A stretch of 64,000 nucleotides of DNA from Candidatus Tayloriibacteriota bacterium (GCA_943350765.1 CALRAJ010000003.1:1456-65455), one strand, 5' to 3'. Counted from the first letter of the stretch, positions 18,685 through 29,364 are shown. Numbers and translations are program-made. Notes: generated from the letters alone by a model not told the origin.

Positions 18685-19025
18685 TGTGCAACCTCGGTTG
18701 GAATCGAACCGGAAAGGGGTCGGGGAACGGGAGTTCCCCGTGGAGGAAAACAACGAGTACTCGAGTGTTAGAAACCGTGGGTTTCTAAAGAGCCCGACAC
18801 ACGGAGGGCGAGTGAGATAGCGAAGCGCCCAACCGAGGGCACAAAAAAATGCGGAGCACTTTTTGTGCCCTCGAGCAGGCAAACTGCTTTGCCTGCGGGT
18901 CGGAATCGAACAGCGGAGTCATGTTTTTATACCAAGAAAAACAGGCGAGCTGGTGCCCAGACCAAAGTTTTTGACGAAAAACTTTGAGTCGCGGGCGATA
19001 AATGTACTCATGGTCCAACCGAGGG
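18685..19025 (+). repeat. two tandem tRNA-Arg(TCT) 3'-end cassettes (body B then body A)
   Basis: Inverted copies at ~18685-18709 and ~18864-18911; direct copies CCAACCGAGGG at ~18829 and ~19015. Confidence 0.8.
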
Positions 19026-19062
19026 TTTGATTTCGGTATTAAAAAGTGTATTATGGTTTCAT

Positions 19063-19665
19063 ATGGAATACAAAAAGCTCGTACAAAAAATCGCTAACCT
19101 TGATTGGGCTAAAGCAAATCCTGGTGATATAGTTTTGTTATCTCTTTGTACCGCAAAGGAGTTTGCATCTAGTCTTCGTTTTGGATTTGATTTATATCCA
19201 AACGATGAACGCTTCAAGGAAATGGCAAGTGGTGAGCTTAAAACGGACAACATGGTTTTTGAGGATTATGCAAGGAAAGGGGATCATTGGGAATTTCTGG
19301 ATCATTTTGTCACAAAGTACAAAATTACACCAACAAAATCAACAATTCCATCTGCGATGGAGAATTATGTCTCTGCGGTCGAAGGATTTTCTGATGCCGA
19401 TCGAGCGATGACAGTTTTTTCTCGTGAAGAAGAGTTAACTTTGATATTTGAAAAAATTGTCGCGGCACATGATTGGGATAGCCTCGGTTTTGGTTTTTAT
19501 AAATACTATCTAAAACAGCACATATTATTTGATTCTGGGGATAATGGACACGCACATCTTACAAAGCATTTTCCTATGCACAAGCCGACCCTCGAGAGAT
19601 TCTATAAAGCACGCTTAGACCTATACGCCTCACTCTTCCCATACGGCTCAACAGAGCCAAAATGA
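19063..19665 (+). CDS. putative heme-oxygenase-like diiron (DUF3050/CADD-like) protein
   Basis: Helical; E...DHWE, SREE and YYLKQHILFDSGDNGH resemble HDO ligand motifs. Confidence 0.5.
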   Translation: MEYKKLVQKIANLDWAKANPGDIVLLSLCTAKEFASSLRFGFDLYPNDERFKEMASGELKTDNMVFEDYARKGDHWEFLDHFVTKYKITPTKSTIPSAMENYVSAVEGFSDADRAMTVFSREEELTLIFEKIVAAHDWDSLGFGFYKYYLKQHILFDSGDNGHAHLTKHFPMHKPTLERFYKARLDLYASLFPYGSTEPK

Positions 19666-19697
19666 ACGGCTCAACAGGCCTGTTGAGCCGTTCATTT

Positions 19698-20585
19698 CTA
19701 CACCCCTCCATTCACCGCTTTTTCTGCCATTTTTAAGGCCCCTTCTTTTGACCACGCTTTTGCAATAAAACCATTTTTGTGACAGAACTCTGCGTCTGAA
19801 ACTCCACAAATACCCGCCAGCTCAACACGCATTCGCCCACGCCATTCGGTGGGAAAGAGTACTCGATAGCTAAAACCTTTGGCTGTGTCATTTGGCACAC
19901 AGGCGATGACCCATTCTCCAGTATTTTGGTCTGGGTGGATTACAAACAAGGGCTCTTTGAGCTTTCCTAGAGTTGATTTCCATGGGTAGGGATGCTCGAG
20001 TAAAATTATTCTTTTGTCTTTTGCATGTGCATAAGCTGTGCGAACTTCTTCTAGGTCTCGGAAAAAGTATTCGGCTTTTTCAATTTCTTTTAATACGATG
20101 ACTTTGATGAGCGGGAGAAGCTCAGTAAATGTATCATCGACATTGGCACTATCTCGCCAAGTCGGGGTGAGGGCTGAGAGAACATTGTTAAATAAATATG
20201 GATAGACACCTTCCCGTACTGGGGAGAAAAGAGCAACGCCGTTGTCGGCGGCATCGATAGGCTGGACCAGCTTTTTGTCTACTATGTCTGCAACCCGAGG
20301 ATCCTTTGCAATAAGATGGGCGTATTCTTTCCACACCAGTCCAAAGCTGGCATAGGGGATACCATTCGCTCTCTGACCTGCCCCGCCTTCCTGATGGTGG
20401 TCAAAACGACCATTTTTGGCGTCATTTATACCGCCTACATCGATGGCGTAGTCGGCATTTTTAATGAGATCAGTGTCTCGTGTGCGGACGATTTTTATTC
20501 CATCACCAAAAATAAGAAGGAGAGTGGCAATAGCAAAAAGCTCATCTTGATGGAAGCTTCCGCTGTGGGTAGTGAGGGTTTTCAT
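19698..20585 (-). CDS. MYG1-family protein
   Basis: THSGSFHQDE, RTRD, DVGG, FDHHQ, FCHKNGF. Confidence 0.92.
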   Translation of the reverse strand: MKTLTTHSGSFHQDELFAIATLLLIFGDGIKIVRTRDTDLIKNADYAIDVGGINDAKNGRFDHHQEGGAGQRANGIPYASFGLVWKEYAHLIAKDPRVADIVDKKLVQPIDAADNGVALFSPVREGVYPYLFNNVLSALTPTWRDSANVDDTFTELLPLIKVIVLKEIEKAEYFFRDLEEVRTAYAHAKDKRIILLEHPYPWKSTLGKLKEPLFVIHPDQNTGEWVIACVPNDTAKGFSYRVLFPTEWRGRMRVELAGICGVSDAEFCHKNGFIAKAWSKEGALKMAEKAVNGGV

Positions 20586-20654
20586 CGGTTGGTTGATTGA
20601 AACAATTCTAACATTTTTTGAGAATGGTCGAAAGGGGGGAAAGGTGACTAAGAT

Positions 20655-21167
20655 TTATTTTGGACTGTAGAGTAGTTTGAGCATTTCAAGTCCTCGATGT
20701 GTTTGTACAGATAGAGCGTTTTTTGACTCACCAGTAAGCAAAGACATTTCTTTGAGTGATAAATCCTGGACATATTTCATTCGCATAACCTTTTGATATT
20801 TTGCAGGTAACTGCTGGATTAAAATGATTGCTCTTCTTCCATCGAGTACATTTAGGAAACCATTTGAATTGGGAGCGATTGGTTCAAATCCCTTGTCGAG
20901 GATCATATCGAGCGAGCTTGTTTTGTGTTTTCTGTACTGATCAATAATGAGGTGATTGAGAATGTGGTAGAGAAAGGATTTCATCACATCGATTTTTCCT
21001 CCTTTAACAAGATATCTCCATGTTTTTACAAATGTGTCTTGTACTAAATCTTCACTAGTCGCATGATCGTGTGTTTTATAGTATGCATGCACATTGAGGC
21101 CTTTTTCAAAGTCACGGTGTGCCAAAGCCAATATTGCTTGTCTTTGAGTATTTTGTTTTGGAGTCAT
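20655..21167 (-). CDS. ECF sigma factor
   Basis: SEDLVQDTFVKTW, IIDQYRK, region-4 HTH. Confidence 0.88.
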   Translation of the reverse strand: MTPKQNTQRQAILALAHRDFEKGLNVHAYYKTHDHATSEDLVQDTFVKTWRYLVKGGKIDVMKSFLYHILNHLIIDQYRKHKTSSLDMILDKGFEPIAPNSNGFLNVLDGRRAIILIQQLPAKYQKVMRMKYVQDLSLKEMSLLTGESKNALSVQTHRGLEMLKLLYSPK

Positions 21168-21585
21168 TGTGGTAGTGATTATGCCGATTTGATCAGTGAT
21201 ATATTACAGAAACATTACAAAGAGGATGGGCTGGTCAGAATATAACCATATTCTGCAATACCAAATCCTATTAGATGTATAATGGTATATTACACAGAAA
21301 TTACGAATGCGTAGAGCGTATGTGAGACCGAACCATAAGTATACCACAGTACTAGTATAATGGCAAGGTTAATCCTGTGTAAGAACAGCTTATTTGTGGC
21401 GGCATCTAGGGTAGACAGGTTTTTAAAATGGAGGGAGCCTAATACGGACGATCACTTTGTTACAGTTGTCTGTAATTAATCCCACTCCCGCACGGCTTTC
21501 TTTATGGCTGTAATGATGGTTATTGATTTGCGGGTGTGTTATATACTTGTGTGTGATAGGTATTCAAGTAATTTCTTAAAATTAA

Positions 21586-21969
21586 ATGCAAAAGCAAAAA
21601 ACAATATTAATAATTGAAGATGAAAAAAGCCTCCGTGAAGCCATGGTGGATATCTTGACTATTAAAAATTTTATAACCCTTTCTGCAAAAAACGGCAAAG
21701 AGGGAGTTAAGCTAGCACTTTCAAAGCACCCTGAACTTATATTGCTTGACCTTATTATGCCTGAAATGGATGGTACTGCTACACTAAAGGCGATCCGAGA
21801 AGATGTCTGGGGTAAAAATGTCCCCATTATTATTTTAACAAATCTAGGTACGACCTGTGATCAAAATTTGGGTGGGGCTATAGAGAACAAGTTGACACAT
21901 TATCTAATCAAGTCAGACTGGAGACTCCATGCTATAGTGGAGAAAATAGAGCGTATTTTGAAAGTCTAA
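21586..21969 (+). CDS. single-domain response regulator
   Basis: IIEDE, LLDLIMPEMDG, ILTN, YLIK. Confidence 0.92.
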   Translation: MQKQKTILIIEDEKSLREAMVDILTIKNFITLSAKNGKEGVKLALSKHPELILLDLIMPEMDGTATLKAIREDVWGKNVPIIILTNLGTTCDQNLGGAIENKLTHYLIKSDWRLHAIVEKIERILKV

Positions 21970-21976
21970 TAATTAT

Positions 21977-23383
21977 ATGAATAAAAAAGCTATAATTTCT
22001 GCATTCGAAGACATAATTCTTAGCCTCAAGGTTTTGGCAAAAGAAAAAGAAAGTGTTCGACGAAAGCTTGTTACAACAGCAGCAAAACTTGCAGCAACTG
22101 CTGAAAAGCTTGCGATTACTGCAAAAGAAAAAGAAAGTGTTCGACGCAAACTCGTTATCACCGCTGAAGAAAAGGAAGATGTCCGTCGTAGGCTCGCAAT
22201 AACCGCTGAGAAACTCAAAAAATCTTATGAGACACTTGAACAAAAAGTTCTTGAGCGTACAAAAGATCTTGAAATGTCTCGAGCAAAAGAAAAGGCAATT
22301 TTACTCTCGATCGGCGATGGTCTACTAGTGACTGATGAAAAACGAAACATCATCATAATAAACAAAACAGCCGAAAAACTGCTCGGTGTAAAAAGTCAGG
22401 AAGTCGTCGGAAAATCTTTTTTCGAAGCGGTTTTACTTGTGGATGAAAAAGGAGTGAGTATTCCATCAGATAAGTATCCAATAAAAATGAATACAACGGG
22501 GATTGCTAGCACTGTTGCTGGTACTACTTACTATTGTTTGCGAAAAGATAAAACAAAATTTCCTATGGCGATCACGGCAACCCCAGTTCTTTTGGGTGGA
22601 AAAGTTATTGGAACGATTATAATCTTTAGGGATGTGACCAATGAGCGTGATGTGGATAAAGCCAAAACAGAATTCGTTTCACTCGCAAGTCATCAGCTCC
22701 GCACCCCACTCTCAGCGGTTAATTGGTACGCAGAAATGCTTTTGGCAGGTGATGTTGGAGAATTGAATGAAAAACAAAAAAAGTATTTAGATGAAGTGTA
22801 TCGAAGTAATCAGCGTATGGTCGAATTGGTAAACGCCCTCTTGGATGTCTCCAGTCTCGAGTTGGGAACATTTGTTATTGAGCCAGAATCAACCAATGTA
22901 ATCGAACTCATCCAAAGTGTAATAGATGAACAGATGCCACAGATCAATGGTAAAAAGATATTAATGTCTTTTTTATTTGAAAAAGATATTTCATTAATGC
23001 GTGTTGACCCTAAACATCTTCGGATGGTGGTACAGAACATTTTATCTAATGCTGTGAAGTATACTCATGACGGTGGTGATATTAAGATAGAAGTTTCATC
23101 ACCAGAAAAAAAGAACATTCTTCTAAAGATTTCTGATAATGGTTATGGTATTCCAAAAAACCAGCAAGATAAAATCTTTACTAAGCTGTTTCGGGCGGAC
23201 AATGTTAGGGGTAAAGACACTGATGGTACAGGACTTGGGCTATACATCGTAAAATCGATCGTGGAAAACTCAGGTGGGAAGGTTTGGTTTGAATCATTTA
23301 GAGATAAAGAAAGCAAGGGTACCACTTTTTATGTAAAGTTCCCATTGAATAGTGGTATGTCGATTCCTATAAAAAATAATTAA
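21977..23383 (+). CDS. cytoplasmic PAS histidine kinase
   Basis: PAS domain, ASHQLRTPL, NAVKY, DNGYGIP, GTGLGL; N-terminal 14-aa repeats. Confidence 0.93.
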   Translation: MNKKAIISAFEDIILSLKVLAKEKESVRRKLVTTAAKLAATAEKLAITAKEKESVRRKLVITAEEKEDVRRRLAITAEKLKKSYETLEQKVLERTKDLEMSRAKEKAILLSIGDGLLVTDEKRNIIIINKTAEKLLGVKSQEVVGKSFFEAVLLVDEKGVSIPSDKYPIKMNTTGIASTVAGTTYYCLRKDKTKFPMAITATPVLLGGKVIGTIIIFRDVTNERDVDKAKTEFVSLASHQLRTPLSAVNWYAEMLLAGDVGELNEKQKKYLDEVYRSNQRMVELVNALLDVSSLELGTFVIEPESTNVIELIQSVIDEQMPQINGKKILMSFLFEKDISLMRVDPKHLRMVVQNILSNAVKYTHDGGDIKIEVSSPEKKNILLKISDNGYGIPKNQQDKIFTKLFRADNVRGKDTDGTGLGLYIVKSIVENSGGKVWFESFRDKESKGTTFYVKFPLNSGMSIPIKNN

Positions 23384-23388
23384 TAACT

Positions 23389-23847
23389 ATGATTAAAAAA
23401 CCAGTCAAACAGAAAACAATTTTGGTTATTGAGGACGAGAGACCATTACTCGAAGCTATTAACGCTAAGCTCGAAAAAAATGGTTTTAGTGTAATCGGCG
23501 CAAGAAGTGTTGAGCAGGCATTTGGTGTAGAACTTGGAAAAAAGGGTATGGGAGCAATCACTATCCAAAATATTGAGCAGGCGCTCAAGTATCTCGAAGA
23601 CCTAGAGCATGTCGATGCGATTTGGCTAGACCACCATCTTTTGGGCAATGAGGACGGACTTGATTTTGTAAAGAAATTTAAAGCAAACGGGGGGCGATGG
23701 GGGAAGATACCTGTCTTTGTAGTCAGCAATGCAGCAAGTCCTAAAACAATAAAATCATATGCTGAGTCTGGAGTAAATAAATACTATGTAAAATCTAACC
23801 ATCGACTCGATGAGATTGTTGAGGATATAAAACTGTCTTTGCGATAG
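23389..23847 (+). CDS. single-domain response regulator with insertion
   Basis: VIEDE, IWLDHHL, VVSN, YYVK. Confidence 0.8.
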   Translation: MIKKPVKQKTILVIEDERPLLEAINAKLEKNGFSVIGARSVEQAFGVELGKKGMGAITIQNIEQALKYLEDLEHVDAIWLDHHLLGNEDGLDFVKKFKANGGRWGKIPVFVVSNAASPKTIKSYAESGVNKYYVKSNHRLDEIVEDIKLSLR

Positions 23848-23934
23848 TTAGGCAACATCACTTGTAATATATTTATTTCTGGTACGGCTTAGTATGTGAA
23901 GAAGAAGTTTAATAATTATTTAACTAAAAAATAT

Positions 23935-24186
23935 ATGGGAATCATTTTATGGATTATTTTTGGTGCATTAGTTGGTTGGGTAGCGTCTTTGTTTATGAAG
24001 ACTGATGCTGAGCAGGGGACTATATTAAATATCGTGGTCGGTATTGTAGGTGCTGTGCTAGGTGGCTGGCTTATGAGCTTTTTTGGTAAAAGCGGTATAA
24101 GTGGTTTCAATATTTACAGTTTTATTGTTGCTTTACTCGGTGCGATATTGTTTATTGCGATTGTTAAGGCTTTAAGGCGAGCGTAA
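23935..24186 (+). CDS. GlsB/YeaQ/YmgE-family membrane protein
   Basis: [13 protein letters not shown]...[13 protein letters not shown]. Confidence 0.9.
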   Translation: MGIILWIIFGALVGWVASLFMKTDAEQGTILNIVVGIVGAVLGGWLMSFFGKSGISGFNIYSFIVALLGAILFIAIVKALRRA

Positions 24187-24263
24187 TAATCCAAAGTTTC
24201 CAAAGTCAGTTTATCATATCGTTTTGGGTTGTCGAAAATTCTAAAGTTATATCAGTTTATTTT

Positions 24264-25868
24264 ATGTCTATGAAAATCTATCAATACATGTCGACAGTAC
24301 TTACCAGATCAGTTTTTGTTTTGCTTTTGTTGATGTCGTGGACAAACTTTGCTTCTGCACATAGGAATCCTATCACTTGTAATGGTAGTGCCTTAAACAT
24401 TCTTCTTTTTACAGCTTCTACACCAGTTCATGTCGGTGACACTATTACTTATGATGTGAGTATATTTAATGGCACTAGCGCTACTCCTATTTCTTGTAAT
24501 GCTACTGTTATTACCGCCTCTGTTACTACACCTGATGGCATACTGCACGCTATTATGCTCAAGCGTACATCCCTAAGTAATTTAGAGATGGATAATTATC
24601 CAGCAATAGTGTCTTATGTCGTGAGAGCTCAAGATGTCCGTCCTGATGGTACAGTGAGGACTACTGCAAAAGTGGATGGGACGATTCATCAAAACGATAC
24701 TGATAGTGGAGGAGGTGGAGATCAAGAGGTCAATACAGAAATTATAAATACACTCAATATTATTAAAACTGTTATAAATGATAATGATGGTACCGCTGTT
24801 TCTGCCGATTTTTCTATAAATGTAAAAACCGCAGCTGGGGCGCATGTCTCAGGAAGTCCTGCTGTGGGTGTGGTATCGCCGGGTAGACCGTATTCAACAC
24901 TTACGGCAGGTACTTATGTTGTAAGCGAAACTACAAATGCTTCATATACCCAAAGTTTTAGTGGAGACTGTGATACAAACGGTAGCGTTACAATCGCTGT
25001 AGGTGATAGTAAGACCTGTACGATTACTAACAATGATATCGCCCCTCCGCCTCCATCTGGCGGTGGAGGAGGTGGGGGTGGAGGCGGCGGACCACTTCCA
25101 GTACCAATTATCGGTATTGCAAAGGTGCCAGAACCACTTGCTCTATCTACAGGACCAGGTTTGGTTACATACGATTACACTGTCTCTAATCCAGGAACAC
25201 AGCTATCACTGGTCAATGTTACAGTCGCTGATGATAAGTGTAGTCCCGTAGTCTTTCTTTCAGGCGATCTAAACAGTAATCTCAAACTCGATCTAGCTGA
25301 AAAATGGAAATATAGCTGTACCACAACTCTGGCAACTACTACTACGAACACAGTAACTACTGTTGGTTACGGGGATGACGGCTACCGTCGTTCCACTACG
25401 GCTACTGCGGTTGCCACGGTTGTTGTCAGTACTCCACTACCTTCTCCCACTATTCATATAGAAAAAGTACCAAATCGTCTAACTCCATTTCCATTTGGTG
25501 GTGGTGAGGTGATTTATACATATACGGTAACTAATACAGGTGTGTTGGCAATGCACGATGTGGTCGTCACTGACGATAAATGTTCCCCTGTTTCCAGCCC
25601 ATTTGGTGATATAAATAACGACAGTTTACTCGATATTAGTGAAACATGGATTTACACTTGTAAAATGAATATTCCCGTCACAACAGTAAATGTCGCTACA
25701 GCTTTGGGCACGGCAAATGGTTTTACAGTCTCAAGTGTTGCAACAGCCACTGTTCAGGTAGCTACCCCAGGTTTTCCAAAGACAGGTTTTGCTCCTGCAG
25801 AAAAGATTACCCTTTGGACTCTAATCATGAATTTCATGGATAATCTATGGAATCAAAAATCACATTAA
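24264..25868 (+). CDS. secreted Ig-like repeat surface protein, candidate sortase substrate
   Basis: Signal peptide; repeated Y.YTV.N.G...V.DDKCSPV domains; Pro/Gly linker; FPKTG near the C-terminus. Confidence 0.8.
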   Translation: MSMKIYQYMSTVLTRSVFVLLLLMSWTNFASAHRNPITCNGSALNILLFTASTPVHVGDTITYDVSIFNGTSATPISCNATVITASVTTPDGILHAIMLKRTSLSNLEMDNYPAIVSYVVRAQDVRPDGTVRTTAKVDGTIHQNDTDSGGGGDQEVNTEIINTLNIIKTVINDNDGTAVSADFSINVKTAAGAHVSGSPAVGVVSPGRPYSTLTAGTYVVSETTNASYTQSFSGDCDTNGSVTIAVGDSKTCTITNNDIAPPPPSGGGGGGGGGGGPLPVPIIGIAKVPEPLALSTGPGLVTYDYTVSNPGTQLSLVNVTVADDKCSPVVFLSGDLNSNLKLDLAEKWKYSCTTTLATTTTNTVTTVGYGDDGYRRSTTATAVATVVVSTPLPSPTIHIEKVPNRLTPFPFGGGEVIYTYTVTNTGVLAMHDVVVTDDKCSPVSSPFGDINNDSLLDISETWIYTCKMNIPVTTVNVATALGTANGFTVSSVATATVQVATPGFPKTGFAPAEKITLWTLIMNFMDNLWNQKSH

Positions 25869-26443
25869 AACGGGTATTGGTTGTCGCCAGCACCATAGTA
25901 ATTATTGTATCTTCATTGACTATTTTTCTGGATTTTCGTGGTTTTGGTCATTCATCAAAAAATCCAAGTCTAGCTTTTTGGAAGCAATCTGTTTCTGGAT
26001 TTCCTGTTCGAATCAAGATTTCTACGATAAATGTCGATACTGTCGTTGAGTCAGTCGGTCTTACTAATGAAGGATTGATGGATGTACCAAAAGATCCTGC
26101 AAATACAGCATGGTTTAACCTAGGACCACGACCTGGAGAAAAAGGAAGTTCAGTTATCAATGGACATGTAGACAGAATAGACGGCACCCCAGGTGTTTTC
26201 TCTAATTTAGATAGATTGAAAAAAGGGGATAAGCTGTATACCGAGGACAATGAGGGAAGAAAGACCACTTTTATAGTGCGTGAGTCGAGGATATATCGTG
26301 AAAGTGAGGATGCTTCAGATGTATTTAATTCAGATGATGAAGTGGCTCACCTCAACCTCATTACCTGTTCAGGACCGTGGAGTAAGGCAAGTAAAACATT
26401 TTTAAATAGACTGGTTGTATTTACAGATATGCAGGCGGAGTAG
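25847..26443 (+). CDS. class F sortase
   Basis: PGEKGSSVINGHVD, LNLITC, RLVVF. Confidence 0.9.
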   Translation: MESKITLKRVLVVASTIVIIVSSLTIFLDFRGFGHSSKNPSLAFWKQSVSGFPVRIKISTINVDTVVESVGLTNEGLMDVPKDPANTAWFNLGPRPGEKGSSVINGHVDRIDGTPGVFSNLDRLKKGDKLYTEDNEGRKTTFIVRESRIYRESEDASDVFNSDDEVAHLNLITCSGPWSKASKTFLNRLVVFTDMQAE

Positions 26444-26552
26444 TGTAATAACTATATCTTCTAGACGGCATCATAGGTGGGAGTATAAAAAGGCCGATTA
26501 TACTAAATTTACACAATTATTCCATAATTCTATTAAAATTAATAAAAAATCT

Positions 26553-27215
26553 ATGAAAAAAATAATCAATCTATCGCGTATCAGTATTTTATCAGTAGCG
26601 ACATCACTTGCACTGCTGTTTGTTTTATTGGCAAGCACGCCAGTAGCACAGGCTGCTATCACAAGTCAGCTAGAGCTGGGTTCAAGAGGTACTCAAGTTT
26701 CTGAGTTACAACAGTTTCTAGCAACAAACTCTCTGATTTACCCGGCAGGAATCGTTTCTGGCTATTATGGTCCACTAACAAGAGCGGCGGTGCTGCAATT
26801 TCAGGTAGCCTATGATATTTCACAGGTGGGTCGTGTTGGACCAACTACCATGGCAAAAATGAATAGCATTATGTCGTCTGGCTTGGGTTTGGATGTAAGT
26901 TCTCCAATGATTGCTAATAAGTCATTGCAGACTAGTAGAAACAGTGCCACGGTCAATTGGATGACAGGAGAGCCTGCTCAAAGCCAAGTGTATTTGGACA
27001 CACAGCCACTTCGGTCTGACGAGGCGACTATGCATGCACAGCAACCCTATGTAAGCGGTACATTATCTTTGGGAAATGTTGTGGCCAATAATTCTCACTC
27101 AGTCGTGATCAATGGTCTCCAGCCAAACACTGTCTATTATTTCATCACTCGTGCAATAGATAGATCTGGAAATGTTAGTATGACTTTGCAGAATTCTTTT
27201 GTTACAAACCAGTAG
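26553..27215 (+). CDS. peptidoglycan-binding + FN3-like secreted protein
   Basis: GSRGTQVSELQQFL, GYYGPLTRAAV..FQ, GLQPNTVYYF. Confidence 0.85.
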   Translation: MKKIINLSRISILSVATSLALLFVLLASTPVAQAAITSQLELGSRGTQVSELQQFLATNSLIYPAGIVSGYYGPLTRAAVLQFQVAYDISQVGRVGPTTMAKMNSIMSSGLGLDVSSPMIANKSLQTSRNSATVNWMTGEPAQSQVYLDTQPLRSDEATMHAQQPYVSGTLSLGNVVANNSHSVVINGLQPNTVYYFITRAIDRSGNVSMTLQNSFVTNQ

Positions 27216-27271
27216 TAATAATTAGAAAGTAGAAACAAAACCACCGAGCCATGCTCGGTGGTTTTGTTTGT

Positions 27272-27415
27272 TGGTGCGCGATGAGGGAATCTTTTTCCCT
27301 AGAGGACGGTCACCGTCGCTGAGCACTTTTTTGTTCGCGAGTACACTAAAAAAAGTGCTCAGCGAGGCTTCAAGTCCCTACGCAAAGCGTACCCACGCTT
27401 TGCTCATCACATACG
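27272..27415 (-). repeat. tRNA-Val 3'-end cassette (body C)
   Basis: Direct copy TCCCTCATCGCGCACCA at 27272-27288; inverted copy TTCAAGTCCCT[hairpin]CATCAC at ~27369-27410. Confidence 0.75.
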
Positions 27416-27439
27416 AAAAAATCCCTTTCGGGATTGTTT

Positions 27440-27515
27440 TGGTGCGCGATGAGGGACTTGAACCCCCGACCTTTCCAGTGTAAATGGACTGCTCTACCAA
27501 CTGAGCTAATCGCGC
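27440..27515 (-). tRNA. tRNA-Val(TAC)
   Basis: Anticodon loop TTTACAC; encoded CCA. Confidence 0.93.
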
Positions 27516-27603
27516 ATGAGAGAATACTTCAATACAATAGCGTACTTAGGGATATTTATCAACTTTTTATGTTGGTTCACACATATCCCATGAGATAAAA
27601 AGT

Positions 27604-27632
27604 TTGACAAAATAACAATTTATTGCTATTGT
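27604..27632 (+). promoter_or_regulatory. sigma70-type promoter
   Basis: TTGACA-N17-TATTGT with TG extension. Confidence 0.6.
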
Positions 27633-27701
27633 TGTTTTACTTAGCAAACACGCAAGGTGAAATAGAGGGTAGGGGTGCTGTTTGGAGACAATTTTGCATG
27701 T

Positions 27702-28424
27702 ATGAAAATCGATATTTTATTTGAAGACAAGGATTATGTGGTGATCAATAAGCCAGTCGGTCTTATTGTGCATTCAGATGGTAAAAGAGAAGAGTCAACA
27801 GTTGCTGACTGGATGCTCGAGACTTATCCAAAAACAAAAGATGTGGGGGAGCCAATAGTGCTTTCTGATGGGCAAATCCTTTTGCGTCCGGGTATTGTGC
27901 ATCGTATTGACCGTGATACTTCGGGAACTCTTATTTTATGTAAGAATCAAAAAGCTTTTTTGTCTTTAAAAGATCAGTTTAAAGCAAAGACCGTTGAAAA
28001 AGTTTATCGTGCTTTTGTGTACGGTGATGTAAAGGAAAAAGAGGGGGTGATCGACCGACCTATTGGACGAAGCCGTAAAGATTTTAGAATGTGGTCAGCT
28101 CAGCGTGGGGCAAGAGGGGAGATGAGAGATGCGATAACTGAGTTTAAGACAATTGCAACAAGCAAGACCGTATCCTTGATCGAGGCACACCCAAGGACTG
28201 GGCGTACACACCAGATCAGGGTACATTTTAAAGCTATCAACCATCCACTCGTTGCGGACTCGCTTTATGCACCTGGTCATCAGGCACTACTCGGTTTTAA
28301 ACGCCTCGCTCTACACGCACTCAAGATAGAATTTAAGGATTTGAAAGGTAAGGTGATCTCAGTGGAAGCACCGTACCCAGATGATTTTAAAAAAGCGATG
28401 GGGAGTATCAAAAAGGCAAACTAG
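27702..28424 (+). CDS. RluA-family pseudouridine synthase
   Basis: VINKP.G, VHRIDRDTSG, TGRTHQIRVH. Confidence 0.94.
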   Translation: MKIDILFEDKDYVVINKPVGLIVHSDGKREESTVADWMLETYPKTKDVGEPIVLSDGQILLRPGIVHRIDRDTSGTLILCKNQKAFLSLKDQFKAKTVEKVYRAFVYGDVKEKEGVIDRPIGRSRKDFRMWSAQRGARGEMRDAITEFKTIATSKTVSLIEAHPRTGRTHQIRVHFKAINHPLVADSLYAPGHQALLGFKRLALHALKIEFKDLKGKVISVEAPYPDDFKKAMGSIKKAN

Positions 28425-28639
28425 GCCTTATTTTGTGGAGATTTAAACGGCTAAACGCTAGCGTTTAGCCGTTTAGCATGGCTCTATATAGCCATTTGAG
28501 TTTTTTGGGCTATTCGGAGCGATTTTGATCGTAAAATAACATAAAAATGAAGTATGTGGAGATTTGTACACCCGTTTTACACCCTGTGGAACAGCTCTAT
28601 TGCTAAAATAGATGCTTTGTGATAAGTTGTTCTGTACCT

Positions 28640-29092
28640 ATGACAACGATACAAAAGACTATTTCTTCAGTAAATGTGGATGAACGAGCTACGCTTTCTA
28701 TGCGAAGCGGTGATACTGTGAGAGTTTGGCAGAAAATCAAGGAAGGTGAAAAGACACGACTTCAAGCATTTGAAGGTTTGGTGTTGGCCCGAAAACACGG
28801 GGCAGAGTCGGGTGCTACATTTACAGTACGAAAGGTTATGGATGGTGTGGGGGTAGAGAGGATTTTTCCACTATACTCGCCGTCTATTGATAAAATAGAA
28901 ATAATTCGCCGATCAAAAGTACGACGAAGTAAGCTTTATTTCGTTCGAGAAAAGGCCACAAAAGAAATCCGACACCAGATGAGAAAATATATTGCTCAGA
29001 ACAAAGATTTAAATACCGATACAAAGCACAATAAGAGTGAGGGAGCGACAGAGAAAAAAGCCGAACCAGTACTAGAAGAGGTAAAGGCATAA
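28640..29092 (+). CDS. rplS: 50S ribosomal protein L19
   Basis: [32 protein letters not shown]. Confidence 0.97.
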   Translation: MTTIQKTISSVNVDERATLSMRSGDTVRVWQKIKEGEKTRLQAFEGLVLARKHGAESGATFTVRKVMDGVGVERIFPLYSPSIDKIEIIRRSKVRRSKLYFVREKATKEIRHQMRKYIAQNKDLNTDTKHNKSEGATEKKAEPVLEEVKA

Positions 29093-29199
29093 AAAGAGAT
29101 CAAAACTGCCCGCCGTATCCTCGGCGGGGGATTTTAGTTGAAAGTAGAGCAAATTTTAGGTATAGTGGAGGTAGTCGGTACTATGTATAGATATAAAAC

Positions 29200-29284
29200 G
29201 CTCGGGTGATGTAATTGGTAAACATGTACGCTTGAGGTGCGTATGCCGTAAGGCGTGGGAGTTCAAGTCTCCCCCCGAGCACCA
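29200..29284 (+). tRNA. tRNA-Leu(GAG)
   Basis: TACGC-TTGAGGT-GCGTA arm, variable arm, CCA. Confidence 0.94.
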
Positions 29285-29364
29285 GTAGTAACTTGTTCGG
29301 AATTAAAATAAAAAACACATAGGTTAGCCCCAATCCATGTGCGTGTCGTATTTGGTGAAATGAG

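Noticed and set aside
25045-25090. CCN/GGN triplet run as a contingency repeat
   Set aside because: In-frame Pro/Gly linker with mixed codons
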